From Bacteroidota bacterium (GTDB lineage Bacteria > Bacteroidota > Bacteroidia > Chitinophagales > LD1): a stretch of DNA of 64,000 nucleotides. Shown one piece after another: positions 47,701 through 56,685 of this stretch. The notes below the pieces were generated by a model. It was not told where the DNA came from and ran no database searches. It worked only from the letters and a program-made list of their open reading frames with translations. The stretch is from contig JAFDYN010000008.1 of NCBI GenBank assembly GCA_018267385.1, forward strand, positions 62,622-126,621. The letters are read 5' to 3'. Positions within the stretch are counted from its first letter, which is position 1; the number at the start of each line of letters is the position of its first letter. A program made the translations under genes and the position numbers.

Positions 47701-47815
47701 ATATATCCAGTTTGGCCTGCGGTGTAGTGGTACCTATACCTACATTCTGAGCGTAGGATAGCTCCATCACAGCGGTCAGCATGAGCAGTGTAAAAAGTTT
47801 TCTCATAGCAGTCAT
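44720..47815 (-). CDS. phage tail-collar (MdpB-like) domain fibre-like secreted protein with HxH motifs
   Basis: Signal peptide (MTAMRKLFTLLMLTAVMELSYAQ). 'PIGTITSYGGSTPPPGWLLCDGSSQSTTGTYAALYAVIGYTYGGSGSTFNLPDLRGKAAFG' is the tail-collar domain. Five HxH motifs follow. Seven 'GNVGIGTT.P...L(D/E)(V/I)' motifs are spread along the protein. Confidence 0.8.
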   Translation of the reverse strand: MTAMRKLFTLLMLTAVMELSYAQNVGIGTTTPQAKLDISSSTDGVLLPRVALTSTSNFAPLALSPTTSTLVYNTATAGSGTTAVTPGFYYWDGTQWVRISDAGASSKDWTIANTSASPAVTTSNQYVSGNVGIGNFSATTPSVALDVRTTDAVKLPNGTTAQRPLSPLAGATRFNSDLGVLEYYDGTQWQSVNAQVPIGTITSYGGSTPPPGWLLCDGSSQSTTGTYAALYAVIGYTYGGSGSTFNLPDLRGKAAFGLSGVAPYSSLGLSGGSTSTTPTLTHNLQFPSSTINATLPNHVHTVPAHSHSFSLSTGTGTTGTEASHTHVVPAQSFSTTDGAGAHQHNVGLRSNDGGYAAGNPNTFHYGMSSGGGGVSTSDRGATSNANTGIIISAGSHNHTINVPAITSNVGSAHSHSIPSLSVSGSIGTAGTSGDATFNSGNPSTTPNIPFTVPTTSISGSVTAPAINTYDPYQVVNYIIKASNVATAGITSVSLSSGTPGQTLYYNGSNWTPTSNLYNAGGNVGVGTTNPLSMLDVKGSQISSFTGTQKGTITDEASSYVNGNFTALDFINDAGNNPTARIASQANASGTKLYFGTSNSSGSGVTNSAMVINESGYVGIGTTSPANNLNVVNSSTSQAMNVDLSSTDALVQLKSSTTGSWARIGSNGSSLALLTQGSDKTATTSALVSMMILNTGNVGVATTSPSQKLEIGSNGGLGFSGTGLNATDKKLYSPADGDLEWMTNNAAGAHGFAISNQGTKTVYLNSSGSSYLNGGSVGIGTSGPLSKLDVSGGVAVGSYAGTNAAPTNGLIVSGSLGVGTASPAYTLDVTGTSRVSGNMTNGGFDFILGNTDQSSRGNSGSSRALVKDGGNVLDVNYGNDFTGGTRIGSLTNGTAGNRIVYSDNSGLLTNSPSNGMVAMLYGTINLGDVGGSFTPSSATGIVSGATRNYSSGSDASVTITLSQSISSYLPLITVMSINPGSNTSSGGQWNADNDVFAIVGNIQTNSFDVYLREASSSTQNVAIIVGLMVRSY

Positions 47816-47958
47816 TTTTTTTGTAAAGGATATGTAAGATACACCATTTGGCTTACATTCCATTTGTATGGGCTAGAGTCATGTTTGAGAGAGTACCCCA
47901 CAGCAGAATATAATCGCCGCCAGGGGAAAGTCAAGCGGCAGAGCAAGACACAGATCCG

Positions 47959-49029
47959 CTACCTCTCCGTCAGCTTCCTAAAAGCATCTGCCTCCACCTG
48001 CCTGTACGGTCTGCCATCAGGATAGAAGAGATCATGAAACCACTCCACGGGCGGCGCAGTGCTCTGCTTCGAGCCCCAGTGGTAGATCGTCTGGGTCTTG
48101 CCGGACACCAGGCCCCAGTTGATACAGCCTACATGATACCTTTTGAAAATAGGCAGGTGCGTCTCTACGCGGCTATGTTTCGTTTTAGCCCCGGTGCCTG
48201 TGGTGCGGGCCATCCACTCCGTGCAGATCAGCGGGCGGCCGTAGGCTTGTAGCCGCTCTATCTGCTGCACCAGTGCTGTCGTATCCTTATAGTTGTGAAA
48301 GGTGATGACATCAGAGTTTGCAGTCTGAAAGTTATTCATCGTCTTATTACCATTATACAGCCCTGCAGTCATGGGCTGCGATGGATTCACCTCGCGCACC
48401 CAGGTAAAGATGGCCTTGAGCAAAGGAAGGGTACGCGTACCCCGTCCGCTATTCCCCGGCTCATTATAGAGGTCCCAGAGCAGGATGCGCTTGTCATCTT
48501 TGAAGGTTGTCAGCACATCCTTCACATAGCGCTCCAGCCGTTGCCAGTCTTTGCGCTCCTTGCTATCGAGGGTGATCACCTTACCGGGACTTTGCAGCCA
48601 GCCGGAGTTGTGTATGCCGGGTATGGGGTCAGGCTGCTTGCCTGCCTTTGGCGCCTCATTCCAGCAGTCATCAAAGAAGACGAGCAGCGGACGGATACCA
48701 TGCCGCGCAGCAATAGCTAGAAACACATCGACACGATGCTTGAAACCCTGCGGATCCTGCTCATAGGCCAGGTCATGCAGGAAGACACGCGCCATATTCA
48801 TACCTATGCCTTGCGCATAGCCCAGCTCGCGGTCTATCGTCACGGTATCAAATGTTTCCGCCTGCCACATCTCCAGCTGATTGATAGCTGTGCTTGGGAT
48901 AAAATTGCAGCCCACCAGCCAGGGCTGGCCGGCGTACCATTGCGCGGCCTTTTCTTTAGGCCACTGCTGGGCATGCATGCATATGGGCATGCACAGAAAA
49001 GTGTAGAGGCAGATCAAATACTGTTTCAT
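47959..49029 (-). CDS. clan GH-A (GH5-like) glycoside hydrolase, secreted
   Basis: Signal peptide. 'LWDLYNEPGN' (acid/base Glu in an NEP context) and 'LICTEWMAR' (nucleophile Glu) are spaced as in (beta/alpha)8 GH5 enzymes. Confidence 0.6.
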   Translation of the reverse strand: MKQYLICLYTFLCMPICMHAQQWPKEKAAQWYAGQPWLVGCNFIPSTAINQLEMWQAETFDTVTIDRELGYAQGIGMNMARVFLHDLAYEQDPQGFKHRVDVFLAIAARHGIRPLLVFFDDCWNEAPKAGKQPDPIPGIHNSGWLQSPGKVITLDSKERKDWQRLERYVKDVLTTFKDDKRILLWDLYNEPGNSGRGTRTLPLLKAIFTWVREVNPSQPMTAGLYNGNKTMNNFQTANSDVITFHNYKDTTALVQQIERLQAYGRPLICTEWMARTTGTGAKTKHSRVETHLPIFKRYHVGCINWGLVSGKTQTIYHWGSKQSTAPPVEWFHDLFYPDGRPYRQVEADAFRKLTER

Positions 49030-49126
49030 ATGATAATACTACTAAAAATAGGCAGGGCGGTGCGTATTCTTTTAGTACCGGGATATTTATGCCGATGATT
49101 TGATATATTGCGGCAAGCATCAATTA

Positions 49127-50128
49127 ATGGTACCATCATTTGTGAAAGCCACCGCTTTCAATACATTGCATACTCTAGGGATCCATCATAGGCTGAGGAA
49201 CCGGAAATTGAACACTGGGCAGGTCACAGTGCTGTGCCTACATAAAGTATCTGATGAAAAAGATCATTTCTGGGAGCCGATCCGGCCGGAAAGTTTTGAG
49301 CTGCTGGTGCAATATCTCGTGCTGCACTATGATATCATAACGGTCAGCGATATAGACCGCCCATCGGATACCGGGCGGCCACGCGTCATACTCAGTTTCG
49401 ATGACGGGTATTATGATTTTTATACTAATGTACTGCCGGTGCTGCGCCGGTACTCCATACCTGCCAATCACAATATAGTAAGCGCTATAGCAGATGGTAC
49501 GCAGCAGATGATCTGGACCGAGCGGTTAAATTTCCTTTTCAATTATTTTCTGGAGCACCGGATACAGGCCAGGCTGGAGGTGGGCCAGTCAGAGATATCA
49601 CTACAAGGAGCCGGTACGCTGGACCAAAGCTATATCATCTGTCTGAGGGAGCTTTTCAAACTAGACCCGGCCGCCCGTATCGGCGTCTTGGATGGCTGGT
49701 TCCGGAGATTCAGTGCTGATATGCCTGTGCCACGGATGATGGGATGGGAGGAGATACGCGTGTGTGCCAGACATGGTGTGGAGATAGGCTCACATACTAT
49801 GACGCACCCTATCCTGACCAGCGTAGCCGACCCGCAGACACTAGTCGCAGAGCTGCAAGGATCTAAAGCAGTGCTGGAAGAGAACCTCGGCATCCCCATC
49901 AATATTCTAGCACCGCCAAACGGGATATATGACGCGCGCGTGCTCGGCATGGCTGCCCGGGTCGGATACAAGTACCTGCTCGGCATCGGCGAAAGCAGTG
50001 GTAGAGAACGGCAGGTAGATGGCGTCACGGTCCTGTCACGGCTCAATATGATTTCCGAGCCATACAGTCATATGGTTTTGCGAATAGAGGAAGTGGTACA
50101 TCAACTGAAGCGATTGATCAGGGGCTGA
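49127..50128 (+). CDS. polysaccharide deacetylase (NodB/CE4) family protein
   Basis: 'ILSFDDGYYDFYTNVLPVL' (the DD metal/catalytic motif) and 'IGSHTMTHPIL' (the H-x4-H motif). Confidence 0.8.
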   Translation: MVPSFVKATAFNTLHTLGIHHRLRNRKLNTGQVTVLCLHKVSDEKDHFWEPIRPESFELLVQYLVLHYDIITVSDIDRPSDTGRPRVILSFDDGYYDFYTNVLPVLRRYSIPANHNIVSAIADGTQQMIWTERLNFLFNYFLEHRIQARLEVGQSEISLQGAGTLDQSYIICLRELFKLDPAARIGVLDGWFRRFSADMPVPRMMGWEEIRVCARHGVEIGSHTMTHPILTSVADPQTLVAELQGSKAVLEENLGIPINILAPPNGIYDARVLGMAARVGYKYLLGIGESSGRERQVDGVTVLSRLNMISEPYSHMVLRIEEVVHQLKRLIRG

Positions 50129-50143
50129 CAGGACTCAGGGCTA

Positions 50144-51781
50144 TCAGCTACGTGGTAGCTTCCGCTCTATGGCTGCTGCTATCTGGCCATAGATCCTGCT
50201 GAAGGTATCGATCGGTTTGCCATAAGGATCTGGTATCTCTTCATCTCCCAGAAAAAATATCTTCTTCTCGTCGATGCCCAGGGCACACAGGTCTGCAAAA
50301 TTGCGTCTGTCCATGACGAAAATATGTGTAGCTCGGTCTATTGCCCGCTTATCATACACAGAGGAAGTGAAGGATGATAAATCAGTACCGAGTGCAGCAG
50401 CAGCGGCTACGGCATTGACCGGGCTCAGGCGCCCTTCTGCTATCACAGTCCCAAAGGAAAAATATTCATGGGTCGGATTATATTGACGCGCAAAGTACTC
50501 AGCAAAAGGGCTACGGCAGATATTGCCGGTGCAGGCAAAGGCGATTACGGCCTTGCTCCCTGATGATACTACTGCCTGGTGCCTTGCCGGTGATATGCTG
50601 CGTAGCTGCAGCCGCTCCAGCAGGCGCAGCGCATTTCTGCTGATCACATCTGCATAGCAGGCCAGCACAAAACCCGGATCGTCAAAGACATTGTCTTCTA
50701 TGAATTCATTGCTCCGCCAGGCATTTTTGAAGGTAGCCAACCACCTGAGCAGAGGACGCGGGCTGCGCTGATGTGCTACCGCACGCAATGTATTGACTAT
50801 TTCTTCCTTCAGGTTTCGCACGCGCACATGCCTGACAGGCAGGCCGGCCACTATTTCCTTATTCAGGTATTGCATCTCATAGAGCTGCACCGGGTAGTTG
50901 AGCCCGCTACGTATAGCCACCTCTATCGAACCCCAGAATCGTCCATTGATCTCCATGATATAAGCACCGGTGGCACTGATTCTGTACTCTACCATGGCCA
51001 CCCCGGTCCAGCCGATGGCTTTGATGAGCCGGTGCACCTGCTCGCGCAGGCCATACTCTGTTACCTGCACAGATTCTCTATAGGTACTTTCCCCCTCATA
51101 TTCAAATAGCCGGCGGTGTATATACTCATTCAGCACGACACCATCTTTGGCTATGATATTGTAGCCTATGCCGTATCCGGTGATGGTCTCTTGTATCAGG
51201 ATATTGATGTTATTGATATTCTCCCGCACATAGTCAAGCAAGGCAGGATAGGTACTAAAACGCCTTACTTTGAAATAGTACAGTCTATTATTTTTGATAA
51301 TACTCGAGCTTGCGGCCTTGGCTATACAAGGATATACGATCTGGTCCTTATAAAGCTCCAGATCATCCAGCGTCGTGATTAGGATCGTCTTCGGGGCTTT
51401 GACACCTGTACTGGCAGCTATCTCTATAAGCGCAGCCTTGCTATGCGCATAGCGGGCGGCAGCTGGAACATTCATACCTATTACCTGTGTATGGAGGCTC
51501 AGTTGCTTTTCATACAGCTTGCAGATTTCCAGCGCCTGATCATTGATAGGCAACAGGCAGTCTGTATGGTGCAGCTCCAGGTAGCGTATCAGGCCGTTAG
51601 CAAAAGCCGCTACATCCCTGTCAGGAGAGGGTACCTGCACAAAGGTGCGGACATATCTGGAATGCTTCAGCGGGGTCTTCATCCATGCGTAGACCGTCAC
51701 ATCCAGCCCATACCTGCTTAGCTGCTTGACTGTATATGCGGCAGATTTGGTAGAGGATCCGACTATGATGATACTGGGCAT
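50144..51781 (-). CDS. fusion protein: N-terminal ATP-grasp enzyme and C-terminal low-molecular-weight protein-tyrosine-phosphatase (LMW-PTP/ArsC-type) domain
   Basis: ATP-grasp: 'GVAMVEYRISATGAYIMEINGRFWGS'. LMW-PTP: P-loop 'AFACTGNICRSPFAEYFAR' (CX5R-S) and a distal 'IPDPYG' general-acid Asp loop. Confidence 0.75.
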   Translation of the reverse strand: MPSIIIVGSSTKSAAYTVKQLSRYGLDVTVYAWMKTPLKHSRYVRTFVQVPSPDRDVAAFANGLIRYLELHHTDCLLPINDQALEICKLYEKQLSLHTQVIGMNVPAAARYAHSKAALIEIAASTGVKAPKTILITTLDDLELYKDQIVYPCIAKAASSSIIKNNRLYYFKVRRFSTYPALLDYVRENINNINILIQETITGYGIGYNIIAKDGVVLNEYIHRRLFEYEGESTYRESVQVTEYGLREQVHRLIKAIGWTGVAMVEYRISATGAYIMEINGRFWGSIEVAIRSGLNYPVQLYEMQYLNKEIVAGLPVRHVRVRNLKEEIVNTLRAVAHQRSPRPLLRWLATFKNAWRSNEFIEDNVFDDPGFVLACYADVISRNALRLLERLQLRSISPARHQAVVSSGSKAVIAFACTGNICRSPFAEYFARQYNPTHEYFSFGTVIAEGRLSPVNAVAAAAALGTDLSSFTSSVYDKRAIDRATHIFVMDRRNFADLCALGIDEKKIFFLGDEEIPDPYGKPIDTFSRIYGQIAAAIERKLPRS

Positions 51782-52025
51782 TGATTGACTTTTAGTACGT
51801 ATGGGACGTAGCGCGCCCTCAGGCAATGTTATAAAGAAATAAGTTGTTATTCAAGATAGAAGCTATTTTGAAAGGCCTGCGACACTGACCACTGTTGCTC
51901 TTTATCAAAAGTTTCTATCTTAGCCTACACCGTGCTATTCTGCCCTGGTCAGGTAGCAGATGGCATCTGTACTGACAAAATTCACTAAAAAACTGCTGGC
52001 CAGCCAAAGATAAGCTCTGACTATC

Positions 52026-53315
52026 ATGCACTCCGACACCCCTCCAGTCAAGATACTCATCCTGGCACACGACTTCCCTCCCCTCATATCTATAGGCGCG
52101 CTGAGGCCATATAGCTGGTACAAGTACCTTCCTGATTTTGGAGCAGATGTCACTGTGGTGACTCGTGACTGGCAGCATGATACGGGAGTAGTTGATACCG
52201 GGTATACTCTACCCGGAAATCGCCGCCGCATCGTCAAAGTCAGTTTCTCCCGTGGCATCAAGGAGCGGCTCTATGCCACCACACTCGCCTCCAGGTTTCC
52301 TGGTATACGCAAAGCCATTACGTACATTTTCATCTATCTCGAGTACCTCAGTCTAAGGTTAGACTCTGGATCGACTATCTACCACGCTGCCGATCATCTC
52401 TTGCAAAATGAAAAATTTGATTTTATCATCGCCTCCGGCAAGCCATTTATCCTTTTCCGCTATGCCAGCTTGCTGTCAGGCCGCCACCATGTACCCTGGA
52501 TAGCCGACTACCGGGATAGCTGGACACTCAATCATATTCAGAGCGACTACATCCATAGCCCTTTAAACAGGGTATTAAATGTATTTTTCACCTGGATGGA
52601 AAAAAAGTACGTACCTACAGCCCGGATGATCATGACCGTGGCGCCACCCTACGCAGACTATATACCTGTACAGGCCCAGACAGCACCTGTAGGGATAGTT
52701 TACAACGGCTATGATGATGAAATAGAGGAAGCAACGGCGCAGATACCTGTGTCTCATTCTAAGTTTATTATCTCTTATGCAGGCATCATATACCCTATGC
52801 AAAACCTTGAATTGTTTCTGCAGGCTGTAGTATTATTTCTGCAGGAGGTGCAACTGACACCGGCAGAGTTTGAGATAAATTTCTGGGGGATCAAAGGAGA
52901 GGCTGCGGTGGAGGCACGAATATTGGGCTTTAGCGAGTTGCTGCACCCGTATGTGCACTTCCACAGCAAGGTAGACTATAAGCAGGTAATGAAAAACCTG
53001 AGCTCCTCACACATGCTGCTACTACTCACTACTAATGCAGACGGCTGGGTCAATGCTAAGCTATTTGACTATCTGGTACTCAGGCGTACTATCCTGATGT
53101 TTGGCAATCAGACCAATATTATGACACGCATCATAGCAGACACGCATGCGGGTATCGTCACTAATGATCCCCGGGAGGCCGCGCGTCAGATCAAAGCACA
53201 TTATGAGCGCTACCGGCAGGCACAGCCTCAGCCTACCGTCCATTATCAGCAGTACTCCAGAAAAAATCAGGCGGGAGCACTTTACCGTCTGTTGCTAGGT
53301 CTCGGCAAAGAATAG
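52026..53315 (+). CDS. GT-B fold glycosyltransferase (GT4-like)
   Basis: The N-terminus 'KILILAHDFPPLISIGALRPYSWYKYL...G.DVTVVT' and the C-terminal 'NAKLFDYLVLRRTILMFG' (in place of the EX7E region) resemble EPS-locus GT4-type enzymes. Confidence 0.55.
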   Translation: MHSDTPPVKILILAHDFPPLISIGALRPYSWYKYLPDFGADVTVVTRDWQHDTGVVDTGYTLPGNRRRIVKVSFSRGIKERLYATTLASRFPGIRKAITYIFIYLEYLSLRLDSGSTIYHAADHLLQNEKFDFIIASGKPFILFRYASLLSGRHHVPWIADYRDSWTLNHIQSDYIHSPLNRVLNVFFTWMEKKYVPTARMIMTVAPPYADYIPVQAQTAPVGIVYNGYDDEIEEATAQIPVSHSKFIISYAGIIYPMQNLELFLQAVVLFLQEVQLTPAEFEINFWGIKGEAAVEARILGFSELLHPYVHFHSKVDYKQVMKNLSSSHMLLLLTTNADGWVNAKLFDYLVLRRTILMFGNQTNIMTRIIADTHAGIVTNDPREAARQIKAHYERYRQAQPQPTVHYQQYSRKNQAGALYRLLLGLGKE

Positions 53316-53459
53316 CGTCTTAACGACTCGGTCATACCGGCTGCGGATGACATTACCTGCCTGTGATTTTTGATAAAAAGCCCTAATGGGCGGTACTGTT
53401 TTGCGGGCTGCCAAACTTTCGTACCTTACCACAAATTCTAAACCCGACCCAGTTTATCT

Positions 53460-55100
53460 ATGCACTTAGCGCTACCCGATTACCTCATCATCCTGCTCTA
53501 CTTTGCCGTGGTGCTCACGGTGGGCTTTATGATCAAGTACAAGATCAAAACCACCAACGACTTCCTCATGAGCAGCCGCAGCGTGCCGCTCTGGATCACC
53601 AGCCTCGCTTTCATCAGTGCCAATCTCGGCGCACAAGAGGTCATAGGCATGGCCGCCTCCGGCGCCAAGTACGGCATTATGACCTCACACTTCTACTGGC
53701 TCGGCGCCATACCCGCTATGGTCTTCCTCGGCATCTTTATGATGCCCTTCTACTATGGTAGCCGCGCACGCTCTGTGCCGGAGTACCTCGCCCTCCGCTT
53801 TGATGACAAGACCCGCAGCCTCAATGCGGTTGCCTTTGCCGTGATGACCATCTTCTCGTCAGGCATCTCGCTCTACGCGCTCGCCCTGCTCATGAAGATC
53901 ATCCTCGGCTGGAGCTTTGAGTTCTCTGTCTTCATGGCAGCGGGTATCGTGTTGATCTATACTTTCCTCGGTGGCCTCACCAGTGCGGTGTACAATGAGG
54001 TGCTGCAGTTCTTCCTTATCGTACTCGGTATCGCGCCGGTGGTCTTCATCGGCCTGCATGAGGCAGGAGGTTGGTCAGGCATCGTAAAGAACCTGCCCGA
54101 AGCCATGACGCACACCTGGAAGAATATGGGCTCCGTAGACGATAACCCGATGGGCGTAAACGGCTGGGGCATGACCATGGGCCTTGGCTTTGTGATGTCC
54201 TTTGGCTACTGGTGCACGGACTTCCTCGTGGTGCAGCGCGCCATGATAGCGCGCAATATGTCTGCAGCGCGCCGCACGCCGATCATAGCCTCCTTCCCCA
54301 AGATGATGATGCCATTCATCGTGATCGCACCCGGCCTCATCGCCATGGCGCTCACCAATGCACACGCAGACTTCTCACTACCGCTGAAACCTGACGGTCG
54401 CACTGACTTTGACATGGCGCTGCCATCACTCATCGCACACTACTATCCATCGGGCCTGCTCGGTGTGGGTGTCACGGCGCTGCTGGCCTCCTTTATGAGT
54501 GGTATGGCGGGCAATGTGACAGCCTTCAATACGGTCTTCACCTTTGACATCTACCAGGCGCATATCAAGAAAGATGGCACCGATGAGCACTACCTGCTGG
54601 TAGGCAAAATGGCCACTGTCTTTGGCATCCTCGCCTCTATCGGTACCGCCTATCTCACGGCGGGATTTAATAACCTGAATGACTTCCTCCAGCTCGTCTT
54701 CAGCTTTGTGAATGGTCCCCTGTTTGCCACATTTCTCCTGGGTATGTTTTGGAAAAGGACCACGGGCCACGGCGCCTTTTGGGGACTGCTGCTCGGCACC
54801 GTCTTCGCGGCCATCTTTCACGGTATCACCGTGGCCGAGGGCAAGGGCGGCTGGCTAGGCTTCAACGTTTACGAATTTCACAGCGGTATGGGGCAGGCCT
54901 TTGGCGTAGCTACAGTAGCGTGGACCTGCTGCTTCATCTTCACCATCCTCGTGAGCCTGATCACCAAACCTAAAGAGGAAAAAGAACTCGAAGGCCTGGT
55001 CTACAGCCTCACCCCACGCCTCAAGGACCCTAAGAACCCGGTCTATCTCGCCATTGCCATGATCGTGCTCGGCATCATCCTAAACCTCCTCTTCTTCTGA
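53460..55100 (+). CDS. sodium:solute symporter (SSF/SGLT-like) family transporter
   Basis: About 13-14 TM segments. 'DFLMSSRSVPLWITSLAFISANLGAQEVIGMAASG' and 'GGLTSAVYNEVLQFFLIV' are typical SSF motifs. Confidence 0.85.
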   Translation: MHLALPDYLIILLYFAVVLTVGFMIKYKIKTTNDFLMSSRSVPLWITSLAFISANLGAQEVIGMAASGAKYGIMTSHFYWLGAIPAMVFLGIFMMPFYYGSRARSVPEYLALRFDDKTRSLNAVAFAVMTIFSSGISLYALALLMKIILGWSFEFSVFMAAGIVLIYTFLGGLTSAVYNEVLQFFLIVLGIAPVVFIGLHEAGGWSGIVKNLPEAMTHTWKNMGSVDDNPMGVNGWGMTMGLGFVMSFGYWCTDFLVVQRAMIARNMSAARRTPIIASFPKMMMPFIVIAPGLIAMALTNAHADFSLPLKPDGRTDFDMALPSLIAHYYPSGLLGVGVTALLASFMSGMAGNVTAFNTVFTFDIYQAHIKKDGTDEHYLLVGKMATVFGILASIGTAYLTAGFNNLNDFLQLVFSFVNGPLFATFLLGMFWKRTTGHGAFWGLLLGTVFAAIFHGITVAEGKGGWLGFNVYEFHSGMGQAFGVATVAWTCCFIFTILVSLITKPKEEKELEGLVYSLTPRLKDPKNPVYLAIAMIVLGIILNLLFF

Positions 55101-55294
55101 TGGATAAGCTCACCGACCTCCGCTTTATTATCGGCCTTTTCTTCAGCCTGTCGGGTCTGGTACTGATAGGTACATACTTTGCCGTGACGCAGAGCAATCA
55201 CCCGCAGATGAACCTCTACGCAGGCAGCGTGATGCTGCTGTTCGGTTTGTTTATGCTGCTTATGTTTTATAAAGGTGATGCAGCAGATGCTTGA
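55100..55294 (+). CDS. small two-TM membrane protein, translationally coupled to the symporter
   Basis: Its ATG overlaps the symporter TGA (tgATGg). 64 aa with two hydrophobic helices. Confidence 0.45.
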   Translation: MDKLTDLRFIIGLFFSLSGLVLIGTYFAVTQSNHPQMNLYAGSVMLLFGLFMLLMFYKGDAADA

Positions 55295-55379
55295 TTCAAA
55301 TATGCAGATGGTATTTATTAGAGCTACCTGCAAAAATCATTGAATTCTTCGCGTTCTTTGCGATGAAACAATTTGTATC

Positions 55380-56648
55380 ATGACATATAAAGAAGCCGTA
55401 GACTACCTGCTCAACCAGCTACCCATGTTTCAGCGTATCGGTGCGGCAGCCTATCGCGCAGACCTGGGCAATATCACCGCCCTGTCTGAGATACTCGGCC
55501 ACCCCGAGCGTGGGACCAGATTTATCCATGTGGCGGGGACAAATGGCAAGGGCTCTGTGACCCACATCATCGCATCCATCCTGCAGGCGCAGGGATACAA
55601 GGTGGGAGTCTTCACATCGCCACACTACCGCGACTATCGCGAGCGTATCAAGATCAATGGGCAGCTGGTCACCCGTCCATTCATCACCCGTTTCGTCAAT
55701 GATAACCTGGAAAAATTCAAGGCTGTCAATGCCTCCTTCTTTGAGATCACTACAGCTATGGCCTTTGCCTATTTTCAGGAGAAAAAGGTCGACTACGCCA
55801 TCATAGAGGTGGGCATGGGCGGCCGGCTGGACTCGACCAATATCATTACACCATTGCTGTCAGTCATTACCAATATCAGTTTTGACCATACACAGTTTCT
55901 CGGCAACACGCTGCCACTGATCGCAGGAGAGAAAGCAGGTATCATCAAACCGCACGTACCTGTGGTGATAGGTGAGACTCATCCTGAGACAAAGGATGTA
56001 TTCATCAGTACAGCTGATAAAAACAATGCACCTATCACCTTTGCTGATAAAAAGATCAGGCTATCTGATTTTAAAACAGAGGCCACAGGCAGTGTTTTCT
56101 CCGTAGGAGGCAAGACATATAAAAGCGACCTGACAGGTGACTATCAGAAGAAGAACATCGCCACGGGACTCGCTGCTATACAGCAGCTACAAGCAGCCGG
56201 GGTCAAGATAACCGACAACGCTATCGCAAAAGGACTGAAGCAGGTCAAAACGTCTACCTACTTTATAGGCCGCTGGATGGTGATGAGCAAGAAGCCGCTC
56301 GTGATATTCGACAGTGCGCACAATGAGGGCGGGATCAAAGAACTGGCAGCACAGCTACGAAAACTCAGCTACGATCAGTTGCACTTCGTATACGGTACTG
56401 TGTCAGATAAAGACATTACGCATATCCTCTCACTGCTGCCAAAGAAAGCCGCCTACTACTTCTGCAAGCCTGACATACCACGTGGCAAAGATGCTATGGG
56501 GCTACAGCAGGAGGCCGCAGCGCAGAAACTCAAAGGAGCTATCTACACCTCAGTGAAACAGGCATATAAAGCTGCTCTGGCCAAAGCCGGCAAAAACGAC
56601 CTGGTAGTGGTCAGCGGCAGCATCTTTGTGGTAGCTGAGTTGGTCTGA
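55380..56648 (+). CDS. folC: bifunctional folylpolyglutamate synthase / dihydrofolate synthase
   Basis: 'IHVAGTNGKGSV' P-loop, 'TSPHY..Y.ERI..NG', 'EVGMGGRLDSTN' and 'I..EKAGIIK'. Confidence 0.9.
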   Translation: MTYKEAVDYLLNQLPMFQRIGAAAYRADLGNITALSEILGHPERGTRFIHVAGTNGKGSVTHIIASILQAQGYKVGVFTSPHYRDYRERIKINGQLVTRPFITRFVNDNLEKFKAVNASFFEITTAMAFAYFQEKKVDYAIIEVGMGGRLDSTNIITPLLSVITNISFDHTQFLGNTLPLIAGEKAGIIKPHVPVVIGETHPETKDVFISTADKNNAPITFADKKIRLSDFKTEATGSVFSVGGKTYKSDLTGDYQKKNIATGLAAIQQLQAAGVKITDNAIAKGLKQVKTSTYFIGRWMVMSKKPLVIFDSAHNEGGIKELAAQLRKLSYDQLHFVYGTVSDKDITHILSLLPKKAAYYFCKPDIPRGKDAMGLQQEAAAQKLKGAIYTSVKQAYKAALAKAGKNDLVVVSGSIFVVAELV

Positions 56649-56685
56649 GTTTTATTTTGCTGGTTTTAGTCCTACTTTCGCGGCT

